The notes beneath the pieces are model-generated. The model did not search any database, was not told the DNA's origin, and saw nothing but the letters and a program-made list of their open reading frames with translations. DNA of 63,289 nt, the filler included, from Reticulomyxa filosa (taxonomy: Eukaryota > Protista > Foraminifera), in NCBI GenBank assembly GCA_000512085.1. It is 24 parts of 24 records of this genome, joined end to end, with 100 filler letters (N's around TTAATTAATTAA, not from the genome) between each part and the next. Parts side by side here need not be neighbours in the genome. Positions count along the whole stretch, not along the records: positions 24,173 to 25,579 come from ASPP01021346.1; positions 25,680 to 33,897 come from ASPP01001418.1; positions 33,998 to 42,696 come from ASPP01027153.1; 21 more parts are not named here. One strand, given 5' to 3'. Each line of letters begins with the position of its first letter. The stretch's first letter is position 1. Positions 24,232-37,571 of this stretch are shown piece after piece. The translations under genes and the position numbers were made by a program.

Positions 24232-25110
24232 TCAAATTATATGTTATTCAAAGTATAATACCATGATCCATAACCGATGCACGCCATTGCTATTCTATCG
24301 CCATTTTTGCTGTGGATTCACTTCAGCACCAATGACAATATTGACAGCAACAACTTGTAATTTCCATTTGCACACCTTTAAATATCTATTCAAAAATTTC
24401 AAGCAACACATACCACACATTATAAAGATGTCTTATGTTAAATATGTACATATACAAAAAAACTTTTTCAAGCAATGGATCCAAGCACGATTACAGCATC
24501 AGGTAGCAGGAAAGAGGACAGGCGCATAAATTACCAATAAAATACCTTGAGTTCTTGTGTTGGAATGAGCGCGTTGATTTCAACGGTAATGCCTTCATCA
24601 AGTATGAACAATTGAATTGACTTGAAGGAAGATATCATCATTGAAATATCCTTCCCCAAGAACTACTATTTCTTTGAGTGGCGGTCTTGTCAATGGCAGA
24701 CCATTCCACTTTTTGAATTTGAGTGATTCGGTTTTTGGTAACCGAAAAATTCATTCGTATCCACAGCTACAACTTTTTTGAGATGAGAAATGAGAGAGTA
24801 GAGGGGGGGGATTGCCTATGTATTTGCTCAGCAGGGCCCAGCACCAATATATTGCCAATATTCAAATTTTTATTTTCATTAATCAAATAATGGAGCGACT
24901 TTTGAATAGTCGATCCAATTATCGATTGGTACGCACGACCTTGTTGCTTTTTGTAATAAACGGTGCAACAATATTAGTCTCTTCCGCGCACACCAACAGC
25001 AACAACACCCAAATATCGGCCACAAAACACTAGTCCAATATCTTGAAAATAATTGACAAATGAATAGAGTAGGACATGGACTGCGTTTCGTGATCATCGT
25101 CGTTGCGCTT
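24232..25110. repeat. Degenerate dispersed repeat or pseudogene family, copy 1
   Basis: Collinear similarity to 53937-54830, for example tttaaatatctatt-aaaatttcaagcaacaca and atggagc-acttt...tccaattatcga...cttccgcgcaca. Confidence 0.75.
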
Positions 25111-26050
25111 GACATTGCCACACACCATCCAGAAATTTCCATTGGGGGAGGGGAGGGGAGAGGAGCGCACTATGTGAAATTATTAAGGATGCGCAAAGTC
25201 GCCACTTGCGTGTGTGCGTGAAGAGCCATAACCAAGGTAATATCGGCAAATGATCTTTTTTTCCTTTTTAAACGATAGTTATGGCCTTGGAATAATATTT
25301 TTCTTCTTCTTTATGATCATCTCCCTCTTCTTGTTCGCTGATGACCTTTGGCTTGAGTATCGCAAAACTAATCCACCAAAATTGGAGCCACAACAACATC
25401 AGGAGAATGGTTCCATAGGAGAGTGGCTTATTCGATCGCAATAATGTGATTGTTTCGCATCCTCTTTTTCTTTTTCCATTTCTTTGATTAATTTCAGTCG
25501 CTGCTACTGTGATGATACCATAATGTCGATATCGGTTTTTTTATTTTGCGCGATATTTTCACATTTTTTCTTTCTGGATNNNNNNNNNNNNNNNNNNNNN
25601 NNNNNNNNNNNNNNNNNNNNNNNTTAATTAATTAANNNNNNNNNNNNNNNNNNNNNNNNNNNNNNNNNNNNNNNNNNNNCAATGAAAATTAGATGGAAAA
25701 GTAAATAGTTTCCTTGTAAAGCACTATTTTCTTGTTAAATTCTACATATTATTGAAGTAACCCTTGGCAATCAAGGAATTAACGTTTAAGTTTAGAAGAA
25801 ATATTTAGATGCAATTGTCACTTCAATGGTGCTTGAATTTTTAGTTTTAGATTGTCCATAGTTAATTTTTGCATTGATACCAAGAATTCAAAACAGAAAT
25901 AGTCTAAAACTAAAAACCTGAAGATAGACGTAATTCCTTTTCTGTATTATTAGAAATTCTTTCAGAAAATTCGAATATTTTGTACCAACAAAAACAAGTA
26001 AAATGGACTCAATTAATTCGTTCAATAGTAAAAAGGAAAACATGAAACAC

Positions 26051-26666
26051 TTATAAATTATTTGCAAAGAAAAGAGTAGGAAATGCCTTATAACGATTTA
26101 TTGTCCTATTTTTTACTGGATAAAGTTTTGTTGGGATTGTTTTTCAATAAGTAATGAGCCAGCCATTCCACGGGATCTGGGGGTCTGCATGCATACATGC
26201 AGTCAGGTTATCTCTCGTTGGCGAATTATACTTGTGTATAACAAAGTAAATTGTAAAATAAAGAAAATGCACAAACCTTTCTTTTACTAATTGCTCCATG
26301 CCACTCAACAATATTGGCACGACTGTTGAATCCAAATATTTTCGCACAGGTAAATTTCGCATTGCGTTTGTCGGGGCATTTGTCTCTGCTTCTGTTTGTT
26401 TTTCATTTGAATTGCCAGACAACTGATTGTTATTTGAATTAATGTTTTGCTCTTGAGATTGACCATTTTCATTATTCTGTGCAAACAGTTCAAGAAAATC
26501 TGTGTAAACCTTTTTTCCCTTTCTTTTAAAAAATAACCTCTGCTGACTCGAGCCCGCGTCTATTGTCTGAGAATTTGTGTTAATAAACAACTTTGTGACA
26601 AAGGAATGTTTTATGAGCAGACGAAAAAATAAAATAAAAACCTGTTTCGGATTTGATTTCGGTCAT
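26051..26666 (-). CDS. DPY30: Dpy-30 motif protein (3 exons)
   Basis: LPVRKYLDSTVVPILLSGMEQLVKER|PPDPVEWLAHYLLKNNP matches the Dpy-30 dimerisation motif. Confidence 0.85.
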
Positions 26667-26944
26667 TTTCTCCTCTAAGATATTAACTTTGATTTGATTT
26701 AAAAAAATTATCAATTATGAAAAAGGGAACATTCCAATTTACTTCAGCAGTTGTTGATTGTGCGTTTGTAAAATTCATTTTTTTAGTTATATTGATTCAC
26801 TGGAACAGTGTTAAATATTTTAAGCAGAGCACTTATCACAATTTATGAAAAGTAAAAATTGCGTGTTGAAATTACAATTTGTTTTTCCATCCCTTTTTTA
26901 ACTTTTCATCTTTTGAAAACATTTTGTTAGTTTTTTTCTGGCAG

Positions 26945-29810
26945 TTAAGTTGACAAAGCGAGTGTTTGTTTTTCTGGCTGTTGTAAAGATGCCTGTTTCT
27001 GTTTGAGATCCAAAACTTTGGATCCAGTGACTTTTAAGATGTTTTCCAATTTTTTCTTTTCATTTTCTTTGTTCAAATCAGAAAAACATGGAGATTGCAG
27101 ACTGGATTTGGTTAAAAATAATTGAGGGCTAAGTTTTAAGCACAAAACTATGCCTTTTTCATCGCCAACGAGTAGAACAGGGTCATTGGGGCTAAACAAT
27201 ACTTTGGTAAGACCATACGTGTCTGTTTTCTTGCTGTTGATTATACGTTCAGTGTGCAAGGATCCGTTTTTGTTTTGTGTAAGATCAAATATATGTACTC
27301 GACCATCCATCGTTACAGCTGCAAAAACGGTGGAAGAAAAGGGTCCCCAGGCGATATCACCAACGGAACTGTTTAGATCATAGCTAATTATTGGAGTCTG
27401 TAGAATCAATACACATTAATATGCACTCTGTTTTTTTTTGGAAAAAAGCAAATTAAGGAGGAGGTGAAGTAGCAATTTTTTTTAAAAAGAGTGCTTATTG
27501 TTTTTGTTTTTTTTTTGCAAAACGGATTCATCACTATCCCACAATTTGACCGTCCAATCTGCAGATGCTGATAAAAATGTTTTCGGATGAAATGGGTTCC
27601 ATCGCACAGCATACACGTTCATGGTATGTCCCTATCCAGATTGCAACAGTAGATACATACATAAATAAACCAATGAAAGACAGAAAAAGGCATTGCAATA
27701 TATGAAAGAGCGTCCAAACTTGATAAACTCGCACATATCCATCTTTGAACGCTTTGTTGCATTGATAGATGCCTCCATCTTCTGTTCCGACCAAAAAGAT
27801 ATGTTTCATGTTTGGATTAAAATCAAAGCACGAGCAAGAGGCCAAACAACAGACGGTTAGCTCCTCGTCTTTAATATCGCGGTTTTCATCGATGATCTGC
27901 TTCATTTCCATCACTATCTGTAAACAAATGAACCAGATTAGACATAGGAATTTTTCTTTTTTTCACTCAAAAAGAGATAGAGAGGAAAATGTATACGTAT
28001 ACATAGAAAGACAGCACAAACTTGATTGTTCAACTCATTCTTACTCATAAGCCAATTTTTTAAGACTCCATCACTTGAAATGGAATAAAAGTTGCTCGGT
28101 TGATCTGCTTGCTCCGCGTGCCAGCGGACGTCCCAAACGGGATCGGAATGATACAACTTATATGTAAATACGTATATATGTTTGAAAGAGGAGAATATGT
28201 ACGTATATATATGTATATATATTTACGTATAAATAAAACTTGTGGTATTTCAGAAGAATAAATGGGTGTGTCGTCTCGATTTCGAATGTCATAAACCGCA
28301 ACTCCCCCATCATAAGCTCCAACGCATAAAAGGGACGAATGCTTCGGATGGAAATGTAAACACATGACTCCGGACTCGACACGGATGGCGCGCACAGGAT
28401 GGCGAGTAGACTTTAATGAGTAAACGCATACCATTCCGTGTGTCTGCTTATGAAAGTTATAGCTTCCATAACCAACTGCAAACAGATCATGGTACTGCGA
28501 ATTCCAATCCAAGCTGGTTATCATTTTATCACTGCATGCGTGATACTTGAAAGTCCATAGATGTAATAGGTAATATACGTTCGCACGTTCTCGAAGATCT
28601 TCCTCTTTATAATATTTAAACTCATGGTAACTATTTTGATCGCTGTTTTGACCCACAACACGCTCCATAATACCCAATGCTTTCAACATTGATTGCGAAT
28701 GCAATAATGCATCGCTTGAGTCTTTCAATATCACTCCGATATTTGAATTGGTGTTGTCACTATTTCCAAACATATCCTCTAATTCGTTTTTTTTACGAGG
28801 TTTTGTTGTCTAATTTATTATATACAAACCAATAACACATAGTTATAATAACAATATCTACGTATTACCACCAAAATACATTTTATTAATAATGCAAAAT
28901 GTCTTTTTCTGTCTCCTTTCTTTTTCTTTTTTTAAATATATGTCCAAAACTTTATTGTCTTTCTCTTTGCTTTGCATCCTGGCTCGAATGACGCTGTGCA
29001 AGTAGGCCTCGTATATTGAAGAAGTGCTAGCATTGTGTGAGAACACGCTCGTTGGTGGAGGCTCTGTCATCACTTCTCTGTCTCGCATAGGATGATTAAA
29101 GGTCTGTGAAGCTCTTTCTCCATAATTGAACTGATTCTTTACCAATTTTTTGTGAGGTGACGTATTATGATCTTCTTTTTCAAGTTTAGAGTCATCTTTC
29201 TCAGGCTCCTTTTCTTGCGGATTTTCTGCATTTTCATTAGGTGGTTCATTGGTTTGTACCGCTTCTGTTGCTTGCTCGTTTGGTACTGTTTCTTCCGCTT
29301 GGGAGGAAGCTTGCTGAGTAGCTCCATTTTCTTGATCGGTTTTTTCTTCTCCGTCAGTTCCTTGAGCTTCATTGTTTTCATTTACTTTCTCATTGTTAGA
29401 GTCATCTTGTTCTTTTTGTTCTTTTTGTATTTCCAGCACATGGGACAAAACTCCATCGAGATTGAAATGTATTGCTAGGTGGTCAGTGTTAGTGTAAGAC
29501 ACAAATTCCCCTTTGTGAAAATTGAATGTTGTGATTTTAGGAGGCTGATCTGGATTTATAGAAGTCAAAGTTAGATTAAATTCTTTATTGAGTTCAGTTT
29601 CGGTTAATTTCAATTGCTCATCAGGACAAATTTTGATCTCGATGGGCTTTGGTTCGAATAGGATTGACCCACGGTTGGCTAGCTTTGTAAGTAGTTTTTA
29701 AAAGTGTTTGATTTAAAAAACGCAAACGAAACAAAGCATTTTTTCACTTTTGGTCTTAGAGCCTTGACAGGTGCTGCCGCATTTGTAGCGATTTTTCGTT
29801 GTAATCTCAT
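26945..29810 (-). CDS. DNAI1: Axonemal (outer-arm) dynein intermediate chain 1 (7 exons)
   Basis: [112 protein letters not shown]. Confidence 0.9.
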
Positions 29811-30706
29811 TTTGTTGCTTTCGCTGTTAAAGATTCAATGATGATAATTTCAATCTAGGTCGAAATGACGTCATATAGTAGACTTCCAAAAAATGAAAAA
29901 GAAGCAAATAAGTATTGAACCAATCTTAAAAATGTGTGTTGTATGCCAACATACTGAATGTAATATTTTCCAATCGAAATTTGATAGCAATTTCGTGACA
30001 ATAAAACGTTATCACTTTTCAAAACTAGAAGTTCATTAAAACCAGGGATACACTTTCTAAAAAATACTTCGTTTGAATGGACTTGTGGCAAGTAAGATAA
30101 TGAAAGCTAATGAATTGTATTGATTATGTTTAATACGTTTAATTTTAGTAGTTCTTGAGTAGTTTACACAAATAATGACACAGTTAATTAACGACGTTGT
30201 TTAGCGCTTTGTCGTATTTATGCGTCGATCTATATTTGCAAAAGTTAAAGTTAAAACCAAATATAATCCATGAAAAAAATGTTGCATTAAATTATGCAAA
30301 TCAATATTACGTAATACTGAGCATATATAACGAACATGCTAGTTTAAATTAACTATTGAATATGAAGATTTAGAAAAGGAAAATATATGATTTAACAAAA
30401 AGAATGAATCAGTGATAAAAAATATCATTATAATTACAGAAATTTAGGTAAATAGTCAAATATATAAAAAATTGAACAAAATGCAATTATGTGAAAGAAC
30501 TAGTTAAAGAAAAATTATAGAATGCTAACTGTATATATAAATGTAAATAAAAACAAAAATAATTTATATGAATCAAATCAAAAACTAAAAACAAAATAAA
30601 TGATACAAATGAAACAAAGCAAGTCAGCAAAGTGTATATGTTAATTTGAATCTTGTAACAATTTTTCTACTTAAACATTCGACATTTGTTAAAATTAAGA
30701 ATATTA

Positions 30707-30735
30707 TACAGTAGTTTGCAAAAAAACAGTAAACT
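30707..30735 (+). mobile_element. Tc1/mariner-type terminal inverted repeat-like motif
   Basis: TA|CAGTAGTTTGCAAAAAAACAGTAAAC, related to copies at 39965 and 52407-52435. Confidence 0.5.
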
Positions 30736-31771
30736 AAAATGCTACTTTATGAAGATGATTAAGCTTTGGAATATGTTTTTTCTACTTTTTCATATTTTTT
30801 AAAAATTTTTCTGTAATTGTGATTTTTAGTTTATCCATTTGTGAATTTTTGCTTTTTGTTTAGATCATGCAAATTTTGAATGAAATTAATCAAGTTCATT
30901 TTGTTTTGTTTAATATAATCATTTACTGCTTTGTATTTGTAGCGTTTTGCATTATCTTGTAAAAACTATAAGTTTCTATTATTGTATAAACAATATGGAA
31001 TGCTTTTTAGGATTTCGTAATATAATATTTCTTTATAAATTGTGCAATTAATGCATCCTTCAATTTTGCAATAATATCAACGCTTTTAGCACCAAAGCAC
31101 GCACATACTATGAAATAAACAAAACCTTGATCTTTCTAAATCTCTATAACTAATGTATGTCATTCTTTTTTCCACATAGAGTAAATTCAATCGCTTCAAC
31201 ATAAATTAACTTTTATTTCTTCCAAAAATAAGACTTTTTTCAAATTATATAAAGTCTAATTTTGTGTTCATCAATAAAATTAAGTCGCTTTGCTTTATGT
31301 TCTTAAGTTAATTTTGGCTTTATCTTTTTTGTAATCGTAAATAATCAATTCAAGTATTAAATCTAATTACATTAAAAAAAATCTTAATAAAGTTTCATTT
31401 TATGTATACTATTTTTTTGCAAAATATGTATTTTGTTTTGTGGTTAATTATAAAATTTGAATGTAATTCTTTGACATAACATGAAGATTTGTATAAGATT
31501 ATTTTGTTGACCATCAGTGTATTTCAGTAAATTTCTTTTATAATTGTTTTTTTGCATTACTGAATTGTTAGATCAATTAACAAACGCTAGTCCAATTTAG
31601 AAGGACAAACAAACAATACTGCGACAGGAGTGTAGATCACTTTTATCAAAATTATTAGCAATTGCCAGTAATGTATTGAACAACAAAATAATTATATTGT
31701 TGTAAGATATCCTAATGAAACGACAATACAATTGTTTAAGTAAAAAAAGCAGAAGAGAATGACCATTTTGT

Positions 31772-32914
31772 TTATTGTGAAGTTTTCCAGAGCATTTCAA
31801 CAATGACAGGATAATGATCTGAAGGAAAAACGCCATCTTTATTGAACTTGATAATTTCACACCGGCGAAAAGTCATAACATTCCAAATATTTTTATTGCA
31901 TAAAACCCAATCAATTGGAAATTTTTGACTATCAAATTGGTCTCCAATCCAATTGTGGAATGTGTGCAAACGAGCATTATGGCTCTTGTCTTGAATATTG
32001 ATGCAGTTAAATAAAAGTTCTTTGGTTATTTCAGGATCGATTCCTTTTTTCCACAAGTCACTGATAAACATTTCATCATTAAAATCTCCAGTACAAAATA
32101 TGGAAATATTTTGATTTTTGTCAACTGTTTATTTTGTTTGTTATTTGAATTTTCAACAGAAACATAGAGGCACATTATCTCTTTTTTTTTTTTTTGTTGT
32201 TGTTGTAGTGTCAATGAAACAACCATTAGCGCGGGATGCAAAGTCATTGACAAAATCCTGTAATATAAATTTTTTAAGTAGAGCCAGTTGTTTATGTCTG
32301 GCATTGTGTCCAATATGATCTAAATGGCAATTGACAATGAGCAATAATGTCGAAGTGCTCTGGTACAAGGGATGCAATAACACCCATGTGACAATCCTTG
32401 GCAAACTGCTCTCATTAAACTTACTTCCAACCACGGTGGGTTTATCTGACAGATGAAATGTACCGCCGTCCATTAGTTCCAATTGATTTGTATCCCAAAA
32501 TATGTTGCAGTATTCATTGATTCGGTCACTTATATTCGAATTGTAATACTTTTGTGGCGAACGCCCTTGTCCGAATGTGTTGTATTGTTTTATTCGATTG
32601 ATATCTTGCGTGAATTGGCTCAATTGTACCAAGTTGCCTTCTTGTGTACATATTATATCGGGCTTGTATTGCTCGATCATTTCTTGGCATAACTGCCGTC
32701 GGATGTTGCGCCATGAGCGTACATTTTTGCTTTGTGATGTTTCATTCGATTCGTCCAAGTTGGAGTTTCGGAGATTGAATGTCATCAGTTTTAGCGTTCT
32801 GCTGCCTTTTTCTCCTGATTCTTTTGTTTTTTCTTCACTTTCATTCGGCTTATTTTTCGAATTGTCGTTTTTCGTTTTTATTTCTGGTGCTACTTCTTCA
32901 GTCGATTTAAGCAT
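31772..32914 (-). CDS. Endonuclease/exonuclease/phosphatase (EEP) family protein (2 exons)
   Basis: MTFNLR, DIICTQEG, GTFHLS, PRIVTW, NCHLDH, TGDFN, IDWVL, PSDHYPV. Confidence 0.9.
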
Positions 32915-33151
32915 TTTGAGATAATTTAGAAGCTTAAAAAAAAAACTCGAGAAAAAACCCCCGTTTGTGTTCAATGTTTTTTACACATATACAAATTTTC
33001 TAAGAGAGTACAAAAATTGGAAAAAAGAAAACTAAACGAAATCTTTTCTCATCACAGAAAATGTCCTAAGCAACGGACCTGGAGCCCAAAACGGGGTACC
33101 TTCATTTTTTTAAAAAAAAAACATTATTTTTTTATTTATTTATGTTCGGTT

Positions 33152-33897
33152 ATGAGCAATCTAACAACACTTACCTCAGATATAGGACAAGATTTAGTCC
33201 CTTCTTCGGAAAAATTTACGAATAATATCCAATTTGTTGGCTTTGCATTTTTTTTGGGGTTTTCAATACTATTTTACTTTGCGTTTGCACCGTATGTGGA
33301 AGCATTTTTATGTCGAATAATATTGAGAAAGCTGATATCAAAGTATTTACTCCCAAATGACGGGTTCACGTTCGACATGGACAGCATATCGATAGCATGG
33401 TTAAGCGGGACAATATTTGTGCACAACATTGAATTGAGAACAGCGCACTTTATAATTTTGTGTGTGGAGACACGTTTTTCGATTGTTTGGTGGCATAACG
33501 CTATAAAGAAGTCAGACACACTGTTGGACGGTAAAGCAATAAATAAGGAAAAGAAGTGTATTATTTGCATGTGCACAAACATACAAATGTATACATATAC
33601 ATATATACATATATGTGTGTATATGTATGTTTGTAATTGAATAATAAGAGTCGTTACCTTACCGTTGTCAGTTGAAGCTTGTGGGTTTGGAGTGTATATT
33701 TTACGCGAACAAGTCTCGCATAAATGACTTTGAAAAGATTGTGAATGAGCAACAGCAGCAGCAGCAGGAGCAACACCAGCAGTCATCGCAACAACAGCAG
33801 CATCAAAGACAACAGCAGCAACAACAGCAGCAACAGCAGCAACAACAACAACAACAGCAACAACAACAACAACAGCAACAGCAACAACAACAACAAC
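33152..33897 (+). CDS. Bridge-like lipid transfer protein (BLTP1/KIAA1109/Csf1-like), N-terminus
   Basis: N-terminal transmembrane helix, then SISIAWLSGTIFVHNI...FSIVWW|...LKLVGLECIFYANK, resembling the Csf1/KIAA1109 N-terminus. It runs into a polyQ tract. Confidence 0.55.
33749..33897 (+). repeat. CAG/CAA polyglutamine repeat
   Basis: Directly visible. The contig breaks inside it. Confidence 0.95.
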
Positions 33898-34097
33898 NNN
33901 NNNNNNNNNNNNNNNNNNNNNNNNNNNNNNNNNNNNNNNNNTTAATTAATTAANNNNNNNNNNNNNNNNNNNNNNNNNNNNNNNNNNNNNNNNNNNNATA
34001 TCGTTTTAGGCGTTCAGTTTTCTTTGCAATCTACTGTATTTACTTAAGAATTTTCTTAAGTAGCCCTTTTTTTTTTTAATATAGACAGATTTTTGCT

Positions 34098-34211
34098 AAA
34101 TTAAAAAAAAAGGACAAAAAAGCGAAAGTATTAATTTGTATCAGGCGTCGCAGTAAGACTAACGATAAAAATTAAAAAAGGTCAAAAAAATGAAAAAGTA
34201 ATAATTTGTAA
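34098..34211 (+). repeat. Imperfect direct repeat of about 44 bp
   Basis: aaattaaaaaaaaaggacaaaaaagcgaaagtattaatttgta versus aaattaaaaaaggtcaaaaaaatgaaaaagtaataatttgta. Confidence 0.6.
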
Positions 34212-36175
34212 TATTTTTTCTGTTTTTTGTTACATTATCATTTTGTTTTTCTTTTTTTTTTAATTATAATTAATTTTTTTTATTTGATCAATTATGTACA
34301 TATATATCATATTATTATTTATTTAGTGTCGTTGTTTTCATTTGTTATATTTAATGATTTGTTTTATATTATAATTTATGTATTAATTAACTATTAATTT
34401 CATTTGTATTTATTTAAATTGATATATCACATTTTTAAAATTATTTATATTATTTATATTCTATGAAAAAATTTTTACATTTTTTGTTATTCAAGCTTTT
34501 TAATTTAAATTTTGTTTTGATCTGTCATTAATATAATTTAGCATTATACTTTCAAAATACAATTGAAATAATCTTTTTAAATAACAATACATAATTACTA
34601 TTTTAACTAATATTTTATTTAATTAATACTAGCTTACATTAATATATGTTATTATGTATTCAATAATTTTTTTATTGTAAATAATATATTTTTTGTAATA
34701 AAATATTAAATTACAAATACCGATATATAACTATATATTTATTCTTTTAATTTCATAAATCTTTCAAAATATAATATATACTTTTGATTTGTTCGATTCC
34801 TTGTTGCTTTATAATATAATCAATCACTTTTTGTTTCGACAACTTTTCACAATCATGTACAAACTGGCCAACAACTATCTTCTTTGACTGTTTATGTCAA
34901 ATTTTTTTCGCTTTTACAAGTAATTTTACAAAAATAATTACTTGATAAAAAAGACTAATACTGATATATTTAATTAAGTATATCAGCTACAATCCGGTGG
35001 CACATATTAACTGTCTTGAATATTACATAATTTTTTTACCTCTTGAAGATCAATCGATTACTTTGTTTGCCAATTGATTCGCTGGTCGTATGTACATTCA
35101 TTTTGTCAATATAACTGAAGTACATTTCGATCTAAACATTGCGATTTGTAATCAACACAAGTTTTGCACATGTTGGCAAAGTTTACATAGCTTTGTGTAT
35201 TTGTACGCGTTTTGAGTGAAGAAAGCAAAAAATAACCGACTATAGCTAGAGTGTCGTTCGTCGTCAAAATACTGCAATCAATATTAATTCTACGTAATAC
35301 TTGTCTTTCAAGTGAAATTTTTCCATTGGTGTATCCTTATTTTTTTGGTTGTCCCTTTGACTGCACCAACATATAAACAAATTCTTATCAAATGATGCTT
35401 TGTGAAGTATTTACACATTGATCTATCGCATCACCTGCATCGTGCTTACGGAATACACAAATACTTGTATCATACTATTGAAATTGAATTTAGGTTGAAA
35501 ATAATTAGTTCATACTTTAAGGCTGATATCTTCTTGAAAATATTTTTCTGCTTTGTAGCAACAAACGTTTGGATGGCGAAGTTTGGTTTGTTGCTAATCT
35601 TAAGAATTAAACACCAAAACAAAAAATAAACAGAACCTAAGAAATTCAAAAGAACACCAAAATACATGAAAAAAAAACGATCCAAAGGAAGACAGCAAAA
35701 TCTTTGAAAACAAGTCTAAAAAACCACGATAACCATTGTTTTGCTTCCTTTGGTTGCAAAAAAAGTAGATTTACTCTCCACAATAAATTTTCTTGTTTGG
35801 ATACCCAACGCTTTTTGACATTTTTGTTGTCAAAAAACCTTCTTAAACAAATACAAAGAAATCCCATAATGACCAAAAAAAAAAAAAACATTGTAACCTG
35901 TCTTTGTTTCACACACACACAAAATATATCCAACAAAGCGGGTTAAGTTTTTTTTTAATGTCCCTTCTTCTCACCTAACGGCGTCACACGAAAAAAACAT
36001 TAGGCTTTGTATGCACCAAATCCCCACCTTCCTCGATTTTTTCCCGAAAACACACAAAGCAACTTCTAAAAGAAGAAAGATGAGAGAAAACCAAAAACAC
36101 CGGAGGGGAAAAAAAAAAATAAATAGACAACAACAACAAAAAAAAAAAAATTAAAGTGTGGCATCTCAGTTTTGT

Positions 36176-37571
36176 TTACTCTTCGTCTTCTTTCAGTAGT
36201 GTTTCAAAGTTGTCCAAAAAAATGGAATACTCGCAAGCCAACAATTTGGACAATGATCTTTGGAGTAATGTCAGCTGTTCAATCATTCCCGCAACGCATG
36301 CAAGCCGTGGTATTTTAACCACTTTGGTTGTAACGCTTCGATACAAATCGGGATGAGAGTTTACTGTGCAGCCAACTTGCAATGCTGCTGTAGCCTCATA
36401 TTCTGCATCTCCAACCGAAATTAGCTCCCATTCAGTTTTTTCAAACATTAAGTCGAACAACGCACTGTCTTTGACTTTCGTATGCACAAAAAAAAAAAAA
36501 TATTTTTTTTTCAAAATGCAAAAAAACAAATTCAAACGTGCATAGTTTATTGAAATAAAATTACGTATACGTGTTTTTTTTTTTTAATAAAAAAAAACTA
36601 TTTAATTTTATTTATTTGTATAAAAAAAAAAAAAGCATACTTTGTTCCAAATCAAATCGATCAACATCATGTTCGAATTCTGTTTCGATCAATGGTGGCA
36701 AAAACGACTCTTCATACTCTTCATCGTGAATAGGTAGGGTTTCCTCTTCCTCTTCAAACGTTGTCCTCGTTTGCTCCGATTCGTCTTCTTGATCACAACA
36801 AAGGGTATCACTGACAAGCGAATTGGAATTGCTTTCACTTTTGCTGTTTTCTCGGCGAGGCGTTTCCGGTTTGATCCATTTCTGGACCCTGCCGTTAGGT
36901 CGACCTTTTGATGGACTCGTCGTCTCGCTTTGGCGATGGACTTGTTGTGCAGTGACACCACCACCACCACAGCGGGCTGCGGCTTCTCTTTCGATTTGCG
37001 GAATGAGCAGTTTCGAATCTGCGATATACGTAAACGTGAACAATTTCCATAGGCCGCCTTGATTTGGACATTGTCTTGCAAATAGGTCACAAGCGCTGTA
37101 CAGCATCAACGAACTATTTTCCCCATACAACAGCCCAGCTGGTTTTTGGTCGTTGCCACTGCTCTTCGCGTGGACATTGTCAAAGGTGCTGGGACACAAA
37201 TCACGAAACACTTGCTGGAATAACAATGGGAAAAAGGCCTGACAACTCGACAAAATCCAATTACTCATTGCGTTGCTTACTATGTAACAATAGCAGTTGT
37301 CCAGTTTAATCAGTTTCTGTATCAAGTTCAAAACTATTCTTTCCAATGCTTGCAACTGTGCTCTCAATTGGTCCGGTAATTGCTGATACGGCGTTCTCAA
37401 AAGCGCGGGGTTTGACAATAGATAACTCGTTGGAAGGAATGTGTCATCCCAGTCAAATATTATTATTCGCTTCTTGTCGTTAAAAGGCGAGGAAAAAAAC
37501 AAGAACGATTGGTCGCTTTCGTTGCTACTACTGCGTTGTACTGTTGGAATTTCAAGTGGCAAACTGGCCAT
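36176..37571 (-). CDS. HAD-superfamily (DWDDT) protein (2 exons)
   Basis: Motif I IIIFDWDDTFLPT, motif II IVSNA, WKLFTF, and motif IV LISVGDAEYE, with an acidic insertion. Confidence 0.75.

Noticed and set aside
33636-33650. In-frame TAA TAA before the second BLTP exon, suggesting stop-codon reassignment
   Set aside because: The codons lie inside the intron (acceptor ataataag|AG). Conserved genes end at TAA, TGA or TAG and polyQ uses CAA/CAG, so the standard code holds.
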